From: Raillietiella orientalis | Lineage: Eukaryota | Assembly: GCA_036172245.1 (NCBI GenBank) | Contig: JAYWIR010000028.1 | Coordinates: 248,001 to 312,000, forward strand | Direction: 5' to 3' | DNA: 64,000 nt | Shown here: positions 62,601 to 64,000 of the stretch, piece by piece | Position numbering within the stretch: position 1 is the stretch's first letter | How the letters are laid out: every line of letters begins with the position of its first letter | The notes under the pieces: generated by a model | Seen by the model: only the letters and a program-made list of their open reading frames with translations | Databases searched by the model: none | What the model was told of the DNA's origin: nothing | Program-made: the position numbers and the translations under genes

Positions 62601-63754
62601 TTGTAGTGTGTGCGAAGCGTTCACCTCAGGCACGAATGGCTCGCCCTGCTGACGACCAGAGGCGCTTGACACGTTTGGACAGGAAAGGTTGCAGCCGCGT
62701 GCATCCGGAACCTGGATGGACCAAAGATGGACAGAATTGGTCGGATCGTGCGGGGGCGAACCCGGGTCTGCTAACTGAGACCTGCACGAATCAGCGTAGG
62801 CATTTTTACAGAAGACATTAGGGATTTTAATGCATCTGCGAAAAAACGGCTTTGCCCTCTCAGCCAATTTTTGTTTTTGTTTTTTTCCTTCTTCTTCCCC
62901 GTTTAAGTTTCACGAAAGCCATTTGCAGCAATTTTGATCGCGCAATCCGAAATTTCGGATTAGCTTGCCTATAAATCAGTGGGAACTTGATGATTCGAGC
63001 ACAATGGGGAACAAAGGGGAAAAAACCCCATAGAAGTGCACTCTCGTTCATTCAAAAAAAATAAATAAATAAATAAAATAAAATCCTTGGGCTGGTACGT
63101 GACAGCAAACGCCTACTCGCGTTTCCGCAGAAGGTTCGCGTTTCTCTCGAAATGAAAAATTCTGCTTTGCCAGGAAGAGCATGTAGAAGAGGAACTTAAT
63201 CCCTGGAAAAATCTCGTTTTGATGGGAAAACATCTCTCAGGATTCGCGTTTCAATTTGCGTCTCCGCCTGTGTTCCACCGACCTCTGTCTCCGTGTCGGC
63301 GGGTGGATTGTGGCGTGGCGGAGAGTCGCATCTTCGGGAGGAAGGCTTTTCAAGGATGCTTCGTGGAATCCTGTGGACTTTTCTCATTCTGGAATCTTTA
63401 TTGACGGTCGATCAAGGTGAAATGATTTCGGGACATTGGATAAGGAGGAGCTTCGGTGCACACGTCACTCGAGCCGACGCGAGGAAAGCGGTGACCGCCT
63501 TTTACGGTTTGCTTTTTACGTAGGGTCGCCCCTTCACCGTATGCCTGAAGAGTTTTTGCGCTAATGTATTATCAATGTGCTTCTTATTAAGTGGATCCAT
63601 TCATCCGTATGTAACGCACGAAGCATTCATGTCTTTGGTTTTCCAATTGTGTGCATATAAATGTCTTTTTGTTTCTTCTCGACGTTTGCCCTCTTTAAAC
63701 TGATGGCGACTATTACAGGTTTCGCGGATGCTTTAGAAACATCCGTTTATAGCT

Positions 63755-63824
63755 CTTCTCTCTCTCTCTCTCTCTCCCCCCCCCTAACCCTCCCCCCCAC
63801 CTCCCTCAAAACACACACACACAC
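63755..63824. repeat. (CT)n, C-rich and (CA)n simple repeats
   Basis: ctctct..., poly-C and acacac... runs. Confidence 0.85.
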
Positions 63825-64000
63825 GCCCAAGCAACAAACAGTGAGGTCGTCGTTGATGTGCACATTGACGCAAATTACTACATCTTATCGAAGATTTTGT
63901 TACAGTGAATTTATTAATCTTGCCAGTGCTTTTATTAGAACAAAAGTAAACATTGATAAACACTTTGCTTTTCATATCGAAGCAGGATTATAAGAATCCA

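Overview
Eukaryotic, intron-rich genomic DNA from an arthropod, judged from the paramyosin and DGAT1 translations; no prokaryotic features, CRISPR arrays or RNA genes could be supported. The first ~24 kb holds three spliced genes whose exons I reconstructed by hand from GT-AG boundaries and reading phase. These are the 3' part of paramyosin (+, 151-8831), a complete TBC1D20-like Rab-GAP with a C-terminal membrane anchor (-, 9745-11371) and a complete DGAT1/midway coding sequence (-, 11641-23749). The 5' half of DGAT1 lies in a sharply bounded AT-rich, CpG-depleted block. From ~26 kb onward the window is mostly decayed mobile DNA. It contains five related L1/Tx1-like LINE 3' ends, weaker endonuclease and RT remnants, a probable P-element/THAP9-type transposase relic and several hairpins. 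It also contains a scabrous-like (coiled coil plus fibrinogen domain) pseudogene split by one of the LINE copies. No intact protein-coding gene could be supported between 24 kb and 64 kb. Family assignments rest on recalled motifs, not database searches.
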